A stretch of DNA of 64,000 nucleotides from the human T2T-CHM13v2.0 reference genome, Homo sapiens: NCBI RefSeq assembly GCF_009914755.1, contig NC_060930.1; one strand, given 5' to 3'. Under the pieces are notes generated by a model. The model was given only the letters and a program-made list of their open reading frames with translations, was not told where the DNA came from and did no database searches. This document shows positions 1-15,345 of this stretch, piece after piece; the first letter of the stretch is position 1, and each line of letters starts with the position of its first letter. The position numbers and the translations under genes are program-made.

Positions 1-631
1 AGAATTCAAAAGAACAAACAACAGAGAGAGAAAAGAATGTGTCTGGAGGAGCTTTGTGGCTGCTCTAGGATGGTAGGTGGAGAGACAGCAGCTTCTATTT
101 GTTCAAGTCCATACAGGCGGCTTTTGGTGACAGAAACATAGATAAGACATTGGATTAGACCAGAAGTATAAAATTACTAAACCTTCGATAGTTTGAAAAT
201 TGACAGCTGAATACAATGAAAAGTGTTACAATCATACATGTTGTTTGATACCAGAAATTAAGCCCTCATAGTTTAATATGTGTCAGTGAATAACAAGAAT
301 GAGAAGTTTGCTTGCTGCTTCCACTGCCTGTGCTAACTGCCCTTTAAGATAAACTTGTATTGGTAGCAAAATAACAGATATCATAAGAAAGAATAATTGT
401 CAGATTTAAAATCTTATTTTTAAATTAATTATTTACAAACAATGTTAAATAGTCTTGCTTTCTCCTTTGTGATGTGGGACTTTTTACAGGCGGGTGACAA
501 AAGTAAGGGAAAATTGAGGCATCAGTTGCTAAATCAGAAAGCTGATCTTACTAACAAGTCTGAAAAGACAAATAATAGCAATTGATTTTATATGTAAAAA
601 TGATTCTATTTGAATGTATCTCAATAGTGAC

Positions 632-925
632 TTTGTTTTGTTTGAGGCAGAGTTTTGCTCTGTAGCTCAGTCTGGAGTACACTGGCACGATCACAGCTAC
701 TGCAACCTCTGCCTCTCAGCCTCAAGCGATCCTCCTACCTCAGCCTCCTGAGTAGCTGGGACTACAGGTTCATACCACCATGCCCAGCTAATTTTTCGTA
801 TTTTTTTGTAGAGACAGGATTTCAACCTGTTGCCCCGGCTGGCCTTGAACTCCTGGACTCAAGCAATCGACCTGTCTTGGACTCTCAGAGTGCTGGGATT
901 ATAGGCCTGAGCCACTGCTCCCAGC
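632..925 (-). mobile_element. Alu (AluJ-like)
   Basis: Reverse-complement Alu dimer with T-rich tail at left and a diverged body. Confidence 0.93.
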
Positions 926-1588
926 AGGTAGTGGTTCTAATTTCATTGTAGCTTCATGTTTTCCAGGAAGGATAGTGTACCTCAGCAGCTAACTCTAGAG
1001 AGTAGGTAAAATTTTCCTGAAGAGATTTGGAAAGCTTTGAATCACATAAATTAATCAGAGCTTCAGTACTGATGCAAGCATTGATTGATACATTGGTGAC
1101 CTGCTATGTAGATTTTTATGGTAAGTGACTTCAATGACATCAACAATCTATTACTAACTTTAACTTGAGGCAGAATTTAAAATATGAAAACTATATCTGG
1201 GTTGGAAAGGAATTAATAGATAATTTAGTGATAATCTAATAGATAACTTATTGATGTAACTGGTAGTAAAGCTCTGGACTAGGAACTATGACTATGTGAC
1301 CAAAAGAAAAATAGTGTGATCAATAGAGAGAACCAACTTGGATAATTCAAGTTACTGAATAATTTTTTTTCCAAAGCCAAAATTTGGGTCAAAAATACTG
1401 TGACTGCTATAACCCTGTGTTTGAATGGAAACAAAATCTGATCTGGCAAAGCAGTAGCTTTTATTCACATCCAGCCTTAAATCAAATAATGGAATCAAAT
1501 CACCATTAAATCAAAGAACTATAAAACGTAGGACATTGTTGATCATCTAACCCAACGCTCTATTTTTATAGTTGACAAAATTGAGAAC

Positions 1589-1895
1589 TTTTTTTTTTTA
1601 ATTTTTATTACTTTTTTTGAGACAGTCTCGCTCTGTCACCCAGGCTGGAGTGCAGCGGCAAATCTCAGCTCACTGCAAGCTCTGCCTCCCGGGTTCAAGC
1701 AATTCTCCTGCTTCAGCCTTCAGAGTAGCTGGGACTATAGGCATGTGCTACCACGCCGGACTAATTTTTTGTATTTTAGTAGAGACGGGGCTTCATCGTG
1801 CTAGCCAGGCTGGTCTCAAACTCCTGACCTCATGATCCACCGGCCTTGGCTTCCCAAAGTGCTGGGATTACAGGCGTGGGCCACTGCGCCTGGCC
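1589..1895 (-). mobile_element. Alu (AluS-like)
   Basis: Full dimer, poly-T at left, AGAACT on both flanks. Confidence 0.95.
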
Positions 1896-1926
1896 AAGAA
1901 CTATCTTATACTTTGAAAATTACCTC

Positions 1927-2242
1927 TGATTTGATTTGGCTGTGTCCCTACCCAAATCTCATCTTGAATTGTAGTTCCCATAATCCACACATGCTGTGGG
2001 AGAGACCCGGTGGGAGGTAATTGAATCACGGGGGGTGATGGTTTTATAAGGGGCTTTTCTCCCTTTGCTCGGCTCTCATTCTCTCTCCTGCCACCCTGTG
2101 AAGAGGGGACTCCACCATGTTTGTTAATTTTCCTGAGGCCTCCCCAGCCATGCGAAACTGTGAGTCAATTAAACCTGTTTTCTTGATAAATTACCCAGTC
2201 TCAGGTATTTCTTCATTAGAAGCGTGAGAACGGACGCATACA
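1927..2242 (+). mobile_element. Solo MaLR LTR (THE1C/D-like)
   Basis: TG...CA termini, THE1 motifs (cccaaatctcatcttgaattg; ctgtgagtcaattaaacc), 5-bp TSD ACCTC at 1922-1926 and 2243-2247. Confidence 0.92.
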
Positions 2243-2634
2243 ACCTCCTTACGCTATTGTGTCACATATTATTTAACTTTAACTTTTAAAGAACTTATTT
2301 TACAGTTTTACATTGCTATATACTCTACTATACTTTTCTACACTCTCTTTGGCATTCTCTTTTATTATATTCTAGAGGACTTTGAAACTTGATAAAGATG
2401 ATGGGCAACAGTGTAATTAAATGAGCAATGTGGGAAACCTCTAAGGGCTAAACCATGCAAAGGAACTATAGTGATTTATCGCTCCATAGAGTTTGTTCTC
2501 ATAGATTCACTGAGTGTCTTACCATGAAGTAGCCGAAAATCACTACCAGGAAAAGTCAGGATATAATCTGTGGTTAACCTTTTATAAAGATAATGATAGA
2601 TAAAACAGTGTAGTCTTGAATTTTTTGCTAGTTA

Positions 2635-3098
<464 letters not shown>

Positions 3099-3826
3099 TG
3101 GTTTTCCAAGAGAGAACTGGAGATCATTTTAAATGGATGAAAAAAATTATTTGTTTTTCTGCATCCAAGAAGTGTTTGCTGCCTGTTGAGTAGAAGTGAA
3201 CTTATTTTCTACAGTTGTTGAACTTTTCTCTGCTTTATGGAATTGTGAGGAAATGCCCATAGAGGCCGATTGCTGGGCAGGGCACAGGCTTTCCAAATAA
3301 AATTCAGTTGAAGTTTCTTAAAGATATAAATGGTCTACCTGGAACTAGAATCAGTTGCCAACTGACTTGCCCTGATGACATTTTCAATTCTAATTTGTTC
3401 TTTCGTTCCACATGAAAAACATTGGCAGGGCATTCTTAATCACAGGAAGTGATAAAGGATATCCATTTTAAAAAATAAAACCAATTTCCATCTCATGTGA
3501 GTCACTCACCAACATTCAAATCTTGCTTCAGTTTTCCCATAATGATTGATAAAAGGGCAGCCATCCTTACACAGACCTGAGGTGTCGATCAACAGTATGG
3601 CTCCCCTCCACAGCCATGATCAGAGACAGAGGAGCCCTGGAGGGTAGTGCAGGGGGCTAGGAGAGCACAGTAAGGGAGTGAGGGACACTCCAGGCTGCTG
3701 CCTGAACTTTGGGGAGTGATAGTAGGACCCAGGAGTTTCTCTGTGAAATTCCCTGATTTCCACAGAAATTCTTTTTTGTCTTCTTTGATTTTGATCCTCT
3801 CCCTGTTCTAGATCAGTTAATAGTAA

Positions 3827-4132
<306 letters not shown>

Positions 4133-5178
4133 AGTTAATACTAAACTAATTGAAGCACCTGAGGGAGAGCAGATAGAGTATGGAGGAGGGATGTAATGAG
4201 ATCTGGGTTAAAATCTGTTCATATCATTCATTGGATAAGGTATTTTGCTTTTCTAATCATCAGTTTCCTTTTCTTAATGTAAGGGTTTTTTTGTTTGTTT
4301 GTTTGTTTGTTTGTTTTTAATTGTCCTGTGTTGGGGTAAAGAGAAAGGATCTGCTTGGTACCTGGCACCTACTACGTGATCAATAAACCATTTATTCAGA
4401 GTTAACAATTACTTAAAATTGCTCAATAACAATTGACAGCTGTAAAACATAAGGAAGAAAAGTGGTGAAATTGTTTTAAAGGTTTGCTTTAAAAGGTCTG
4501 ACCTTTCTGAGAAGGGAGGTATTAACGAACAAAACACGTCTCAGTTATTTGGGAGGAGGCTGGGAAACAGGAGGTGTGCATGATTGTGGGAGAAGTTGTG
4601 GAAAAACTGGGAAAGGTTTTCCGCAAGAGTCTATTAATGAATTATTTTATTGCTACCGTACAGTACAACTCTGTGATAGGCACTTAGTTTTAATATTTTT
4701 ACAAGTTTGTTTTTAAGCTATCATTGTATAGAGGAAATACATATGTAAATTAACAAGTAATGTAGGAAAGTACTTTGTGGGCTTATGTATCTAAGAATAT
4801 ACCACACCCATACTCTAGACTTGGTAAGGATGAAGGCTGTTCCATTGTTCTTTTCCTGGTGATTTCCTTAACTGTGCAGTTTGGAGAAAAAAAAGACATG
4901 AGCTACTAAAACTTCCTGTTCATTTCTCACCATGTGATTCAATTTGTTTTGTCTAGTCAAGATTTTAATGACTTAAGAGGTTTTATCACTTTCCTTGGGA
5001 AAAAAATTCAACAGGATAGCCTGAAAGCTTACAATATAGAGGAATTATATTTATCTTTGGTGGTATCACAGATAAAAGCATCTATTGTTCTTAACTTTGC
5101 ATACTTACTTTGATAAAAAAAGATTATTTGTGGCTTAGGCAACACATGAAATGACTACTTCAGTGACACACTGAGTAG

Positions 5179-5652
<474 letters not shown>

Positions 5653-5844
5653 TGATTCATGAGCATGCATGCAGGGTTGGCTGTGTTCTGACTCCTTTAG
5701 GTAATAGAAGTCAAGCAATAACTGAAATCCCTAAAAACTCAAACACAAACAAAAGCTGATTAATTCGAATACTCGTTTTCCAAACAGTGATGGGCACTTA
5801 GATGTTTTTTGAGGTTTAAGTACTTTGCTATAATAATGACTCTT

Positions 5845-6138
5845 GGCTGGGCACTGTGGCTCACACCTTAATCTCAGCACTTTCAGAGGCCAAGGCGGGA
5901 GGATCGCTTGAGCTCAGGATTTTGAGACAAGCCTGGGCAATATGGTGAAACCCCCTCTCTACACAAAATAATAAAATTATGTGGGCCTGGCTGCACGTGC
6001 CTGTGGTACCAGCTACTCAAGAGGCTGAGGCAGGAGAATCACTTGAACCCAGGAGGTGGAAGTTGCAGTGGGCCAAGATCGTGTCACTGCTCTCCAGCCT
6101 GGGTGACGGATTGAGACTGTCTCAAAAAAAAAAAAAAA
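5845..6138 (+). mobile_element. Alu (AluJb/S-like)
   Basis: Full dimer with A tail. Confidence 0.95.
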
Positions 6139-6760
6139 GGTGAAGAGAATTGGATAATTGATTTATTCTTACGATATCCTGAGTAGCTAAAAGCACTTGT
6201 ATATGTAATCTCATTTCCCTTCAAAATCTATTTGGATGGGAGAAAGCAGATATGTATTCATATAATTTCTTTCATGTTTACAAATACAAATGAAGAAAAT
6301 GCTTTTGAATCTTAAGTTGAAAACTGAGTGGCCATAAACTCAAGGTAAGAATCCAGGACTCTCAATCAGCTCCCTCTCTCAATCAGCTTTCACAATTTCT
6401 TTTCCTAATTTTAAAATCCTGGCAGCCAGAATTAATCACCAAATTTAGGAAAATTTCTTTACACAAGGTTCTTTCCCTTTGGTTTGTATTTTAAAAATAT
6501 AATGACGCTACCTGCTTCCCGGTAATATCTATCAGAACAGGTCCTAACTGGGCCAAGGCCATTGTACTTCTCTTTAAGAGCACAATAATGGCACTGGTGG
6601 AGTTTTGAATTTAATATGTAAGCTCTATCAAGTCCTTTAAAAAAACATTATAAATGTGTGAGCTAGAAATATTTTACTAGATTATAAATGCACAATGGGT
6701 CACTTGAGAAAGGCACCATTGAGCTCAAAGATTGGTTTTGGTTCTTACATAGCCCCATAA

Positions 6761-7230
<470 letters not shown>

Positions 7231-7296
7231 TGAAAATATACATTATCATATATATCATAAACATTTTTGAGTGATAAAATAAATATATTAGTCTTA

Positions 7297-7556
7297 GGCT
7301 GGGAGCAGTGGCTCACACCTATAATCCCAGCACTTTGAAAGGTTTTACTTAAGCCCAGGAGTTTGAGTCCAGCTGGGGCAAACATGGCAAGAACCTGCCT
7401 CTACAAAAAACTTAAAAAAAGAGCTGGAAGTGGTGGCATGTGCCTGTAGTCCCAGCTCTTGCAGGCTGAAGTGGGAGGGAGCCCAGAAATTCAAGCTTTC
7501 AGTGAACAATGATAGTGTCACTGCACTCCAACCTGGGTGACAGAGGAAAAAAAAAA
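7297..7556 (+). mobile_element. Alu (AluJ, small internal deletions)
   Basis: Diverged dimer; AGTCTT on both flanks. Confidence 0.9.
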
Positions 7557-7599
7557 GTCTTGAAGTCTGTGAGGAAAAAAAAAATTGAATTTTAGTTTA

Positions 7600-7777
7600 C
7601 TACATTTAATGAAATCTAAGATGCCATACATTGTAAGTCATACCATTATTTTAGTTACCTCTATAAAGGAAAAGAAAACATTGTCAGTTCGATTAGAACA
7701 CAAAGCTGAGATGCACCCCGACTTCAGAGATGTTAACGTCTGAAAAAAAGTGCTTTATTATAATCGAAGGAATATGG
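7600..7777. mobile_element. TcMar MITE (MER104-like)
   Basis: About 180 bp, degenerate terminal inverted repeats (ctacatttaatgaaatctaagatgc / taatcgaaggaatatgg), TA on both sides, internal ttcagagatgttaa motif. Confidence 0.7.
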
Positions 7778-7965
7778 TAAGGTATATTGTCAACATCATT
7801 CGAAATGTGTATGTATCATATTCAGACTTTACTGTTATAAAAATAGCATAGTTCTTAAGTATGCAATTTGACTGCGTATTAAATTTTAAAAGGATGTATT
7901 TGAGAGTAGATTACTGGCAGTCAATAGCCCAAGTTCTGGTATGGCAGACCTGAGTTAGAATTTAC

Positions 7966-8270
7966 TTTTTTTCTTTTCTTTTTTTTTTTTAGACAGGATC
8001 TCGCTCTGTCACCCAGGCTGGCATGCAGTGGCGCTATCACGGTTCACTGCATCCCAACTTCCCGGGCTCAAGCAATCCTCCCATCTCAGCTTCCTGAGTA
8101 GCTGAGACTACAGGTGTGCGCCACCATGCCTGGAAAATCTTTCTGTTGTTTGTAGAGACAGGGTCTTGCTATGTTGCCCAGGCTGCTCTCAAACTCCTGG
8201 CCTCAAGCAATCCTCCCACTTCGGCCTCAAAAAATGCTGGGATTGTAGGTGTGAGCCACTGTGCCCAGCC
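7966..8270 (-). mobile_element. Alu (AluJ)
   Basis: Full dimer, T tail at left. Confidence 0.93.
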
Positions 8271-10274
8271 AGAAATTATTTTTCTACCATTTAACCAGCT
8301 GCGTGATCCTTGCTAAGTAGGATCATCATCATTATTATTAATATTGTATATGATATGAGAAATAGGCAATCCCTATAGTGACTCATTACTCTTGGTTAGA
8401 GAAAATTAATCCTATCAGGTATGTTTGAAATATTTTCTATTGATCACAATAAGAACGAAGTGGAAGTTTAATTGATTCAAGGTGATCACATCTTTATTTC
8501 TGGAGAAACAGCTCAGAGGTCTCATGTTGCTGACAGTGGATTAGAATCAGACAGAATGTTCATACATACATATGACTAGAGTGTGCTAATAAATCATTTC
8601 CTCCAAATGGTGCTCCCGTCATCATGTGCATCAGCGAACAGTATAACAGTTCTCAGAAAACATTTGGAACAAATGTGTACTCTTTAAAAAATATGTTATA
8701 TTTTATCCAAACCCAAAACTGTCATGTTTATTTCAATTTTATTCATGACATGTAAGAATATATTCTATTTTTGCTGGAAAAAATATTCAATTGAAGTCAA
8801 CATATTTTGCCTATTGTGAGACAGAATGTGATATATAAATGACATATAAATCATTTATCAATAAGCCGAGGATTAAAGAAATCATTACTTCATCTTCTTT
8901 TTCTTTTTGGATTTATTAAAGAAAAAAAAAGGAGCAGCATTTTGACTATGCCAGCCTGCATATTATGTGGAGTAGGTAAATTACAAAAACTCCTGGGCCT
9001 TCAAGTTGGTCACCCACAAAATGTAGACAGCACTAATTTAACAAAAAGTTGTGAGAATAAAGAGAGATTATAAACATAACTGGTACATAATATATGCTCA
9101 AAAATGTAATTACTATCTTTTCCTATCCTCTTAGAGGGATGAGAAATAGGAAGCGTGAGTTAAACACTCTTTTCTGTGTGTTCAAAAATGTTTTCAAAAT
9201 GAACTTTGAGAATAGTTGGGATAAGTATAATTGACCCTTTCTCCAGCAATCAACTTCAAGCCTAGGTTAAATACTAGACTCCTTTTATGCCAAAGCAGAG
9301 TTGGCTTTATCATTAGTTTACACAAATATGTACATGAATACAAAAGGGTTAACTTAAGGAAACTTCACTACTCAATATAACGGTATTGGCTGCCCCTTAC
9401 TTGACATGCCGTACAAGGTTCAAATCAACTGGGTAATGGAGGGAATTTTTGCAATGTCCAGACACAATGCTCATTCGATACTCTCTGGGCCACTCTGGAG
9501 ATTTTAAGAACTGCACATTTTTAGGTCTTTGATCCTCAGCCTCCAGTTCAGTTCTGGTCTTGTGTGGCTTTCTGTGAAATTAAGTCTCAGCGTCATTGTC
9601 CAGAGCAACCATGAAAGAATGTTTATGCAGTAGGTACTGTTTCCCTGAACAGCAGTGAGCTTCTGGCCTCTTGATACTTATGGGCTTCTTAGTGTGACAC
9701 TTTTTAAATCAATTAGCCAGAGAGAAGAGTTGTTGTGCAAAAGGAATTGGCCTATGTTAAGCTGATAGAGCTACACTGCCAATGAGGGAGACTACTGGTG
9801 TATCAGCCTCCTTGCAGGGAGGGCTAAAGTTGATTTGGCATTGGCTAATCAGTAAATAAATGATGTTTGTGATTCAAGATCACATTGTAACTTTGAGAAC
9901 GTCTATGACTAACAGCAACAACAAAACTCAAGTGATTTCGTGAGTTTCAATGGTTTCTTCTCAGCATTCAACTCAACTTTGTTGTTAATTGCACAGACCT
10001 CACCGCCTGAGTATGTCAAATTCACTTTTTCCTTTCCTTTTTGGATGGCAATGCATGGAATGCCCTTGTATAAACATAGCCAGGGCATGAGCACAATTCT
10101 ATTTCATTTCCTCAACTCTTTGTTTTGCTATTCACTCTCATTCTCTTGTGTCTGCATTCCTTGACTACTGATGGATTCAGTCAGCGTCACCCAGGAAGGT
10201 GTGTAGAGGGATCCATGAAGCAAAGGCCAAGGAAGAAATTCAAGTTAAAATTAAAAGAGAAAAAGGCAGGCAAA

Positions 10275-10690
10275 TTAATGTTCTCCAGAAAAACAAAATT
10301 AATAGGCTGTATATAGACAGAGAAAGAGAGGGCTTTCTTTTTAAAAATTGGCTTATGCCACTGTGTGTGCTGGCACATTCTAAAATCTGCAGGGCAGACT
10401 AGCCGACCGAAAACCCACAGAAGAGTTGATGTGGCAGTTGTGAGTCTAAAGACTGCCTGGAGGCAGAATTCCTTCTTTTCCAGGGGACCTCAGTTTTTTC
10501 TCTTAAGGTCTTTGACTAATTAGATGAAGCCCACACACATTACAGAGGGTAATCAGGTTTTCTTAAAGTCTACTGATTTAAATGTTAAGTATATCTAAAA
10601 AATACCTTCACAGCAACATCTAGTCTAGTGTTTGACTAAATGTCTGGGTATAATAGCCTAGCCAAATTGACAGATAAAATTATAAAACTA
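10275..10690 (-). mobile_element. ERVL LTR (MLT2D-like)
   Basis: ggaggcagaattccttc, ctactgatttaaatgttaa and gcctagccaaattgaca match MLT2 in reverse. Confidence 0.8.
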
Positions 10691-10748
10691 CCAAGCAATC
10701 AAATAGCTTGCTTTCTATTTGATTCTCAGATTTTCAAATTTAATGTGC

Positions 10749-10914
10749 TTTTTTTTTTTTTTTTTTTTGAGACAGGGTGTTTTTCTGTTACCCAGGCTGG
10801 AGTGCCATTGCACAGTCATGGCTCACTGCAGCCTATGTCTCCTGGGCTCAAGTGATCCTCCCGCCTCAGCCTCCTCAGTAGCTAGGGCTACAAGCATGGG
10901 CCACCATGCCCAGC
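10749..10914 (-). mobile_element. Alu right monomer (FRAM or truncated AluJ)
   Basis: Poly-T followed by a single right-arm monomer. Confidence 0.85.
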
Positions 10915-13437
10915 TTAATTGATTTCTGATAATTGGATGGAATTATAAGACATGAAATCAGTTTTGCTGGATGATTGAAATAACAATCTGCCTAGTGGCA
11001 GATGACTAGAACAAACTTCTCAAAGTCTATCTTGTTTTTTCAATAAAAAAATTTTGAGTTTAAATACCAAAAGTAAAGTCAACTGAAGATAGCTATCAAT
11101 GAGAAGGGATGAATTTGAACGTGTAAACAGTAAGATAAGCAAAGCAAGAAAAACTAGTAGCCACCAAACACAGGATGTGTCATATTCATATCTCTGACCC
11201 CATTAATTTAAACTGTTAAGCAAAACAAATACAACTGCTCATTTTCAAAACACTTTGTAAAAGAAAACAAAATTAACTATTATAATACTAGGGTGATTCT
11301 CATTTTGCTCCTGAAGAAACTGATGAGAAAGTTTAATGGCCTTTGTAAGGTAGCAGTTGAGCTTTGACAAAGTTGGGATTTAAAAAATAGCTCCCTGCCC
11401 TGTCTTCACCAGGATACCTCTCTCCCTGGATCCTTCAAACGGGTACAGATGAATCACCAAGAGGGCTGGTAATCTGGCTGCCACATGAAAACAAGTGAGC
11501 TTGAGATGTTCTCAGAGTCCGAGGTTGTTGGTTCAGTCTGAGTAATGCACAGTCCAGCTGAAATTCAGCTGCCTTTTGTCTGGATAAGGCAGAAGGAAAT
11601 GAGTAAAACCCTGATGGGAACCAAAAGATGCTGAAAACATTTGCAGTGCCACCCAGAACAATTCAAAACAAAGTAATAAAAGGAAAGTTTATCTCTTTGG
11701 AGCACTGCTCAGGAATTACAAGCTTTCTGTGCTGAACTCTCCTTCCTGAGGAAAGCTTTCACTTCTGAAAAATATACCCACTTTTACGAAGACTACTTTC
11801 TGAGGCAACTTTCTGACTTGATGTATTTCAGCATTGGTTTTTCCTTTGTTTTGCTGCTAATTTGCTTCATGATAGTACGATGGCCTTGGGAGCTCCATAC
11901 ACATTTTAAGTTTAAGAAAAACTTTGTTTTAAAAAGCCATGGATTTTTCTCAAACAGACTAGACAGTTTGTAGCTGCTTAGCCCCAGAGACATTTTTGTG
12001 GCTGTGAAAATTTCTGCCACTGTGGACACATAAAGGCATGGGACCATGTGGTCTGAGCCAAGTGTAACCACTCTGCCTCACATCCTCCCTCAGCCCCTCA
12101 GTCCATATGTGGATACGAAGTGAATTACATTTCATTCAGAGACAGAGGGAAGATTTTCTCCAGAGTCTGAAAAAGTTGATCATTTAGCTTGGCTTCCTTT
12201 TGAATAAGGTATTTCCAAAGCAACATAGACCAGATCTCACATAAATGTCATTTACCCTGACTGCAGAGAGTAAAATTATCCATTAAGTAAATCACTGACA
12301 CTGTTAACATTTCCCGTGCTACAATATCTAACAATGATTTTTTATAAATTGCTGGTTGCAGGAAGAAAGATGGCAGAGGTTACTGTAGAAGGAGAAAGGA
12401 GTGTTCCCTTACAATCTGTAATATTTTTTCTAAATTAACAACCAGAAAGATGTCAGAAGCAAGCAGGTCCAAGCCAATATGGTTCTGCCACAGGCTTATG
12501 GAATATAATAGACTCACAGCATCATGATTTTCCCTCCTGAGGTTCATACCCAGGGTCAGAGCACCTTCTCTCAAAGAGTGGTTAAGCTCGCCTTTCAGTT
12601 AGTACTCAGTGAAGTAGATAAAGGAAAGAGGGAAAATACATGCGAAACAACTGAGAAATATTCCTGCTTATAAAAAGAGTTGTTTCTCTTTTTCTTTGCT
12701 AGCCAACATTTTGCTGTGAGGCTGTGTTCCTGTCTTTCTGTTTAGAGACACTGACTAGAGTCAGAGGAGGGTCTCCCCTAGAGGAAGGCCTTGCTGAAGA
12801 AGCCTAATTTGCGCAAGGGTACAAACAGTGAATGCACTGGAGATCCTAGAACAAGCTGCTATTGCCTCTGTTGCAGGCCATGACCCTCTGTAGGATGCAA
12901 ACCACACTGCATTTATATCCTATGTGTTGGTGAATAGTGAAGTTGTAAGAAAGAAAGGGAGTGAAATAGAAACCCGTAGGAATGGGAATTCGTGCTTCCA
13001 CTGATATCAGTCTCACGAAATGTCAGCCGGTGCTAATTGAAGGATGCCAGAAAACACGCACCAACCAATATTTTCCATACGAATTCCAAATCAGAGATTT
13101 CAGTGTTTCTTGACAGCGTTTTAGCCTGTCATGGTCAGAAGCTGAAATACAAATAGCTGTGGGCTTCAAGAGAAAGCGCCTCTTGGGGGAATTTATATGA
13201 CAATAAAAAATGAGGCCCTGCAAGAAGGAAACAAAAACGCAGCCAGAATGACAAAGAGGTGGTAGAAGAATATCTAAAGCAAACCTTTTCTTGACTCTTC
13301 TCAGGATTAGTTATGTCTAGATGTAGTAGAGGTGGCACGCTTTCAACAGTTCACAAGGGACTGAGCTACCCATTTTCTAGACCAGGTTTTTACTCACTTC
13401 AATGAAAGCCTGCACAATTTGTATAAGAAATATTGCA

Positions 13438-13740
<303 letters not shown>

Positions 13741-14379
13741 TTGCATTGAAAGAAAGTATAATTTTTCATATTTTCATTAATTCGGAAACATGGAGGCTAA
13801 TATGTTAAGCCATATTTTATAGTCCAGAAATAGAGGAGTGCTAAAAATTTCAATGCACATTTCTGTCAAAATGATCCACATGAGAGATCTAAATACCAAC
13901 CTGAGAGAACCAAGCTTAATAATACCGGCTGGTAGGAGGAAATGTGCTGGTCTGCTCTAAAACCAAGTACAAATATACACGTTTAATTCAACATCAGGCA
14001 CTTGATCTTTTCCTGTTTTGGCCAAATTAAGTGGAAAGAAAAGATGGTCCAATAGAACATTAATTAATAGTTTTTATTTTCCTATTTTTTTAAATTTTGT
14101 TTTTTGAAAAGCTTCTATTGGCTTCCTTAGTAATTTTTACTTTGCAAAGTAGATGGAAAAAGATAATATAAAATGCAACATACTGAGCAAGACTATTACA
14201 ATAGTAATTAAATATTGTTAATGTCAATGCAAAACAGGTGTTTTTTTAAAGGAAAACAATAAATAGCTGTAAAAGATTGGAGTGGATATCTCTTGTCTTT
14301 GTGGTTCCAGCTCCATTCCCCATTTTTTGCCTGCTATTATATATTACTGTTTTGTTCCAGGAGTTAGGGCTCCATTGCC

Positions 14380-14600
14380 TTCATTTAGTTATTTAACAAA
14401 CATTTATACAGTGCTTCATGTGACTGCCACACATTCTTCCAAGCACATCACAAAATTCACTTATTTACTATCTATAACCATACAAAATAGTATTATGATC
14501 TCAGTTTTAGAAAAAAATTAAGGCATAGAGAAATTACATAATTTACCCAAGGTTACCTATCTATTAATAGTAAGAGATGGAGCTGAAAAATGAGGTCTCA
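14380..14600 (-). mobile_element. MIR fragment
   Basis: ttaaggcatagagaaattacataatttacccaaggttac resembles the reverse MIR core. Confidence 0.6.
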
Positions 14601-14773
14601 TCAGCTGTCAGAGTAACTGTGTGTTATCCTATGAAGCCTCATCTCCAAATAAATATGCTTAACAGAAGCCAGTGTTTTCTCTAACTCATCATTCCTGGTC
14701 AGCATGAATGCTTTTCATTTAAACACATGGCCTTTTCTCTAGCTCACAAAAGTACATTTGTCATTAATACTTA

Positions 14774-15095
<322 letters not shown>

Positions 15096-15271
15096 ATTAA
15101 CTTTTATTCCAATTGCTTTCTTCTTTGTCCTTTGTTGATGATATTTCAACTGCATGTGATGGACACCACCGAGGCAAAAGGGCTGTTTTTGTGTAATTTT
15201 CACTATGCAGTGTCCATTCTACTCATAGAACAAGTAACTTCTTAAAAAATTCATCTGGAGATTAAAAAGTA

Positions 15272-15345
15272 ATTCAATTCAACAAACATTTATCAAGCAC
15301 CTATCAGATGTGATGCACTGTGCTACTCATGGGAGTGATAAGAGA
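15272..15345 (-). mobile_element. L2 3' end fragment
   Basis: attcaacaaacatttatcaagcacctatc is the typical reverse L2 terminus. Confidence 0.6.

Noticed and set aside
6359-6388. 13-bp direct repeat CTCTCAATCAGCT (two copies)
   Set aside because: A single local micro-duplication with no array structure.
9909-12574. Short unique-sequence ORFs (e.g. 9909-10094, 11793-12071, 12380-12574)
   Set aside because: No recognisable domain or splice context, and lengths are compatible with chance.
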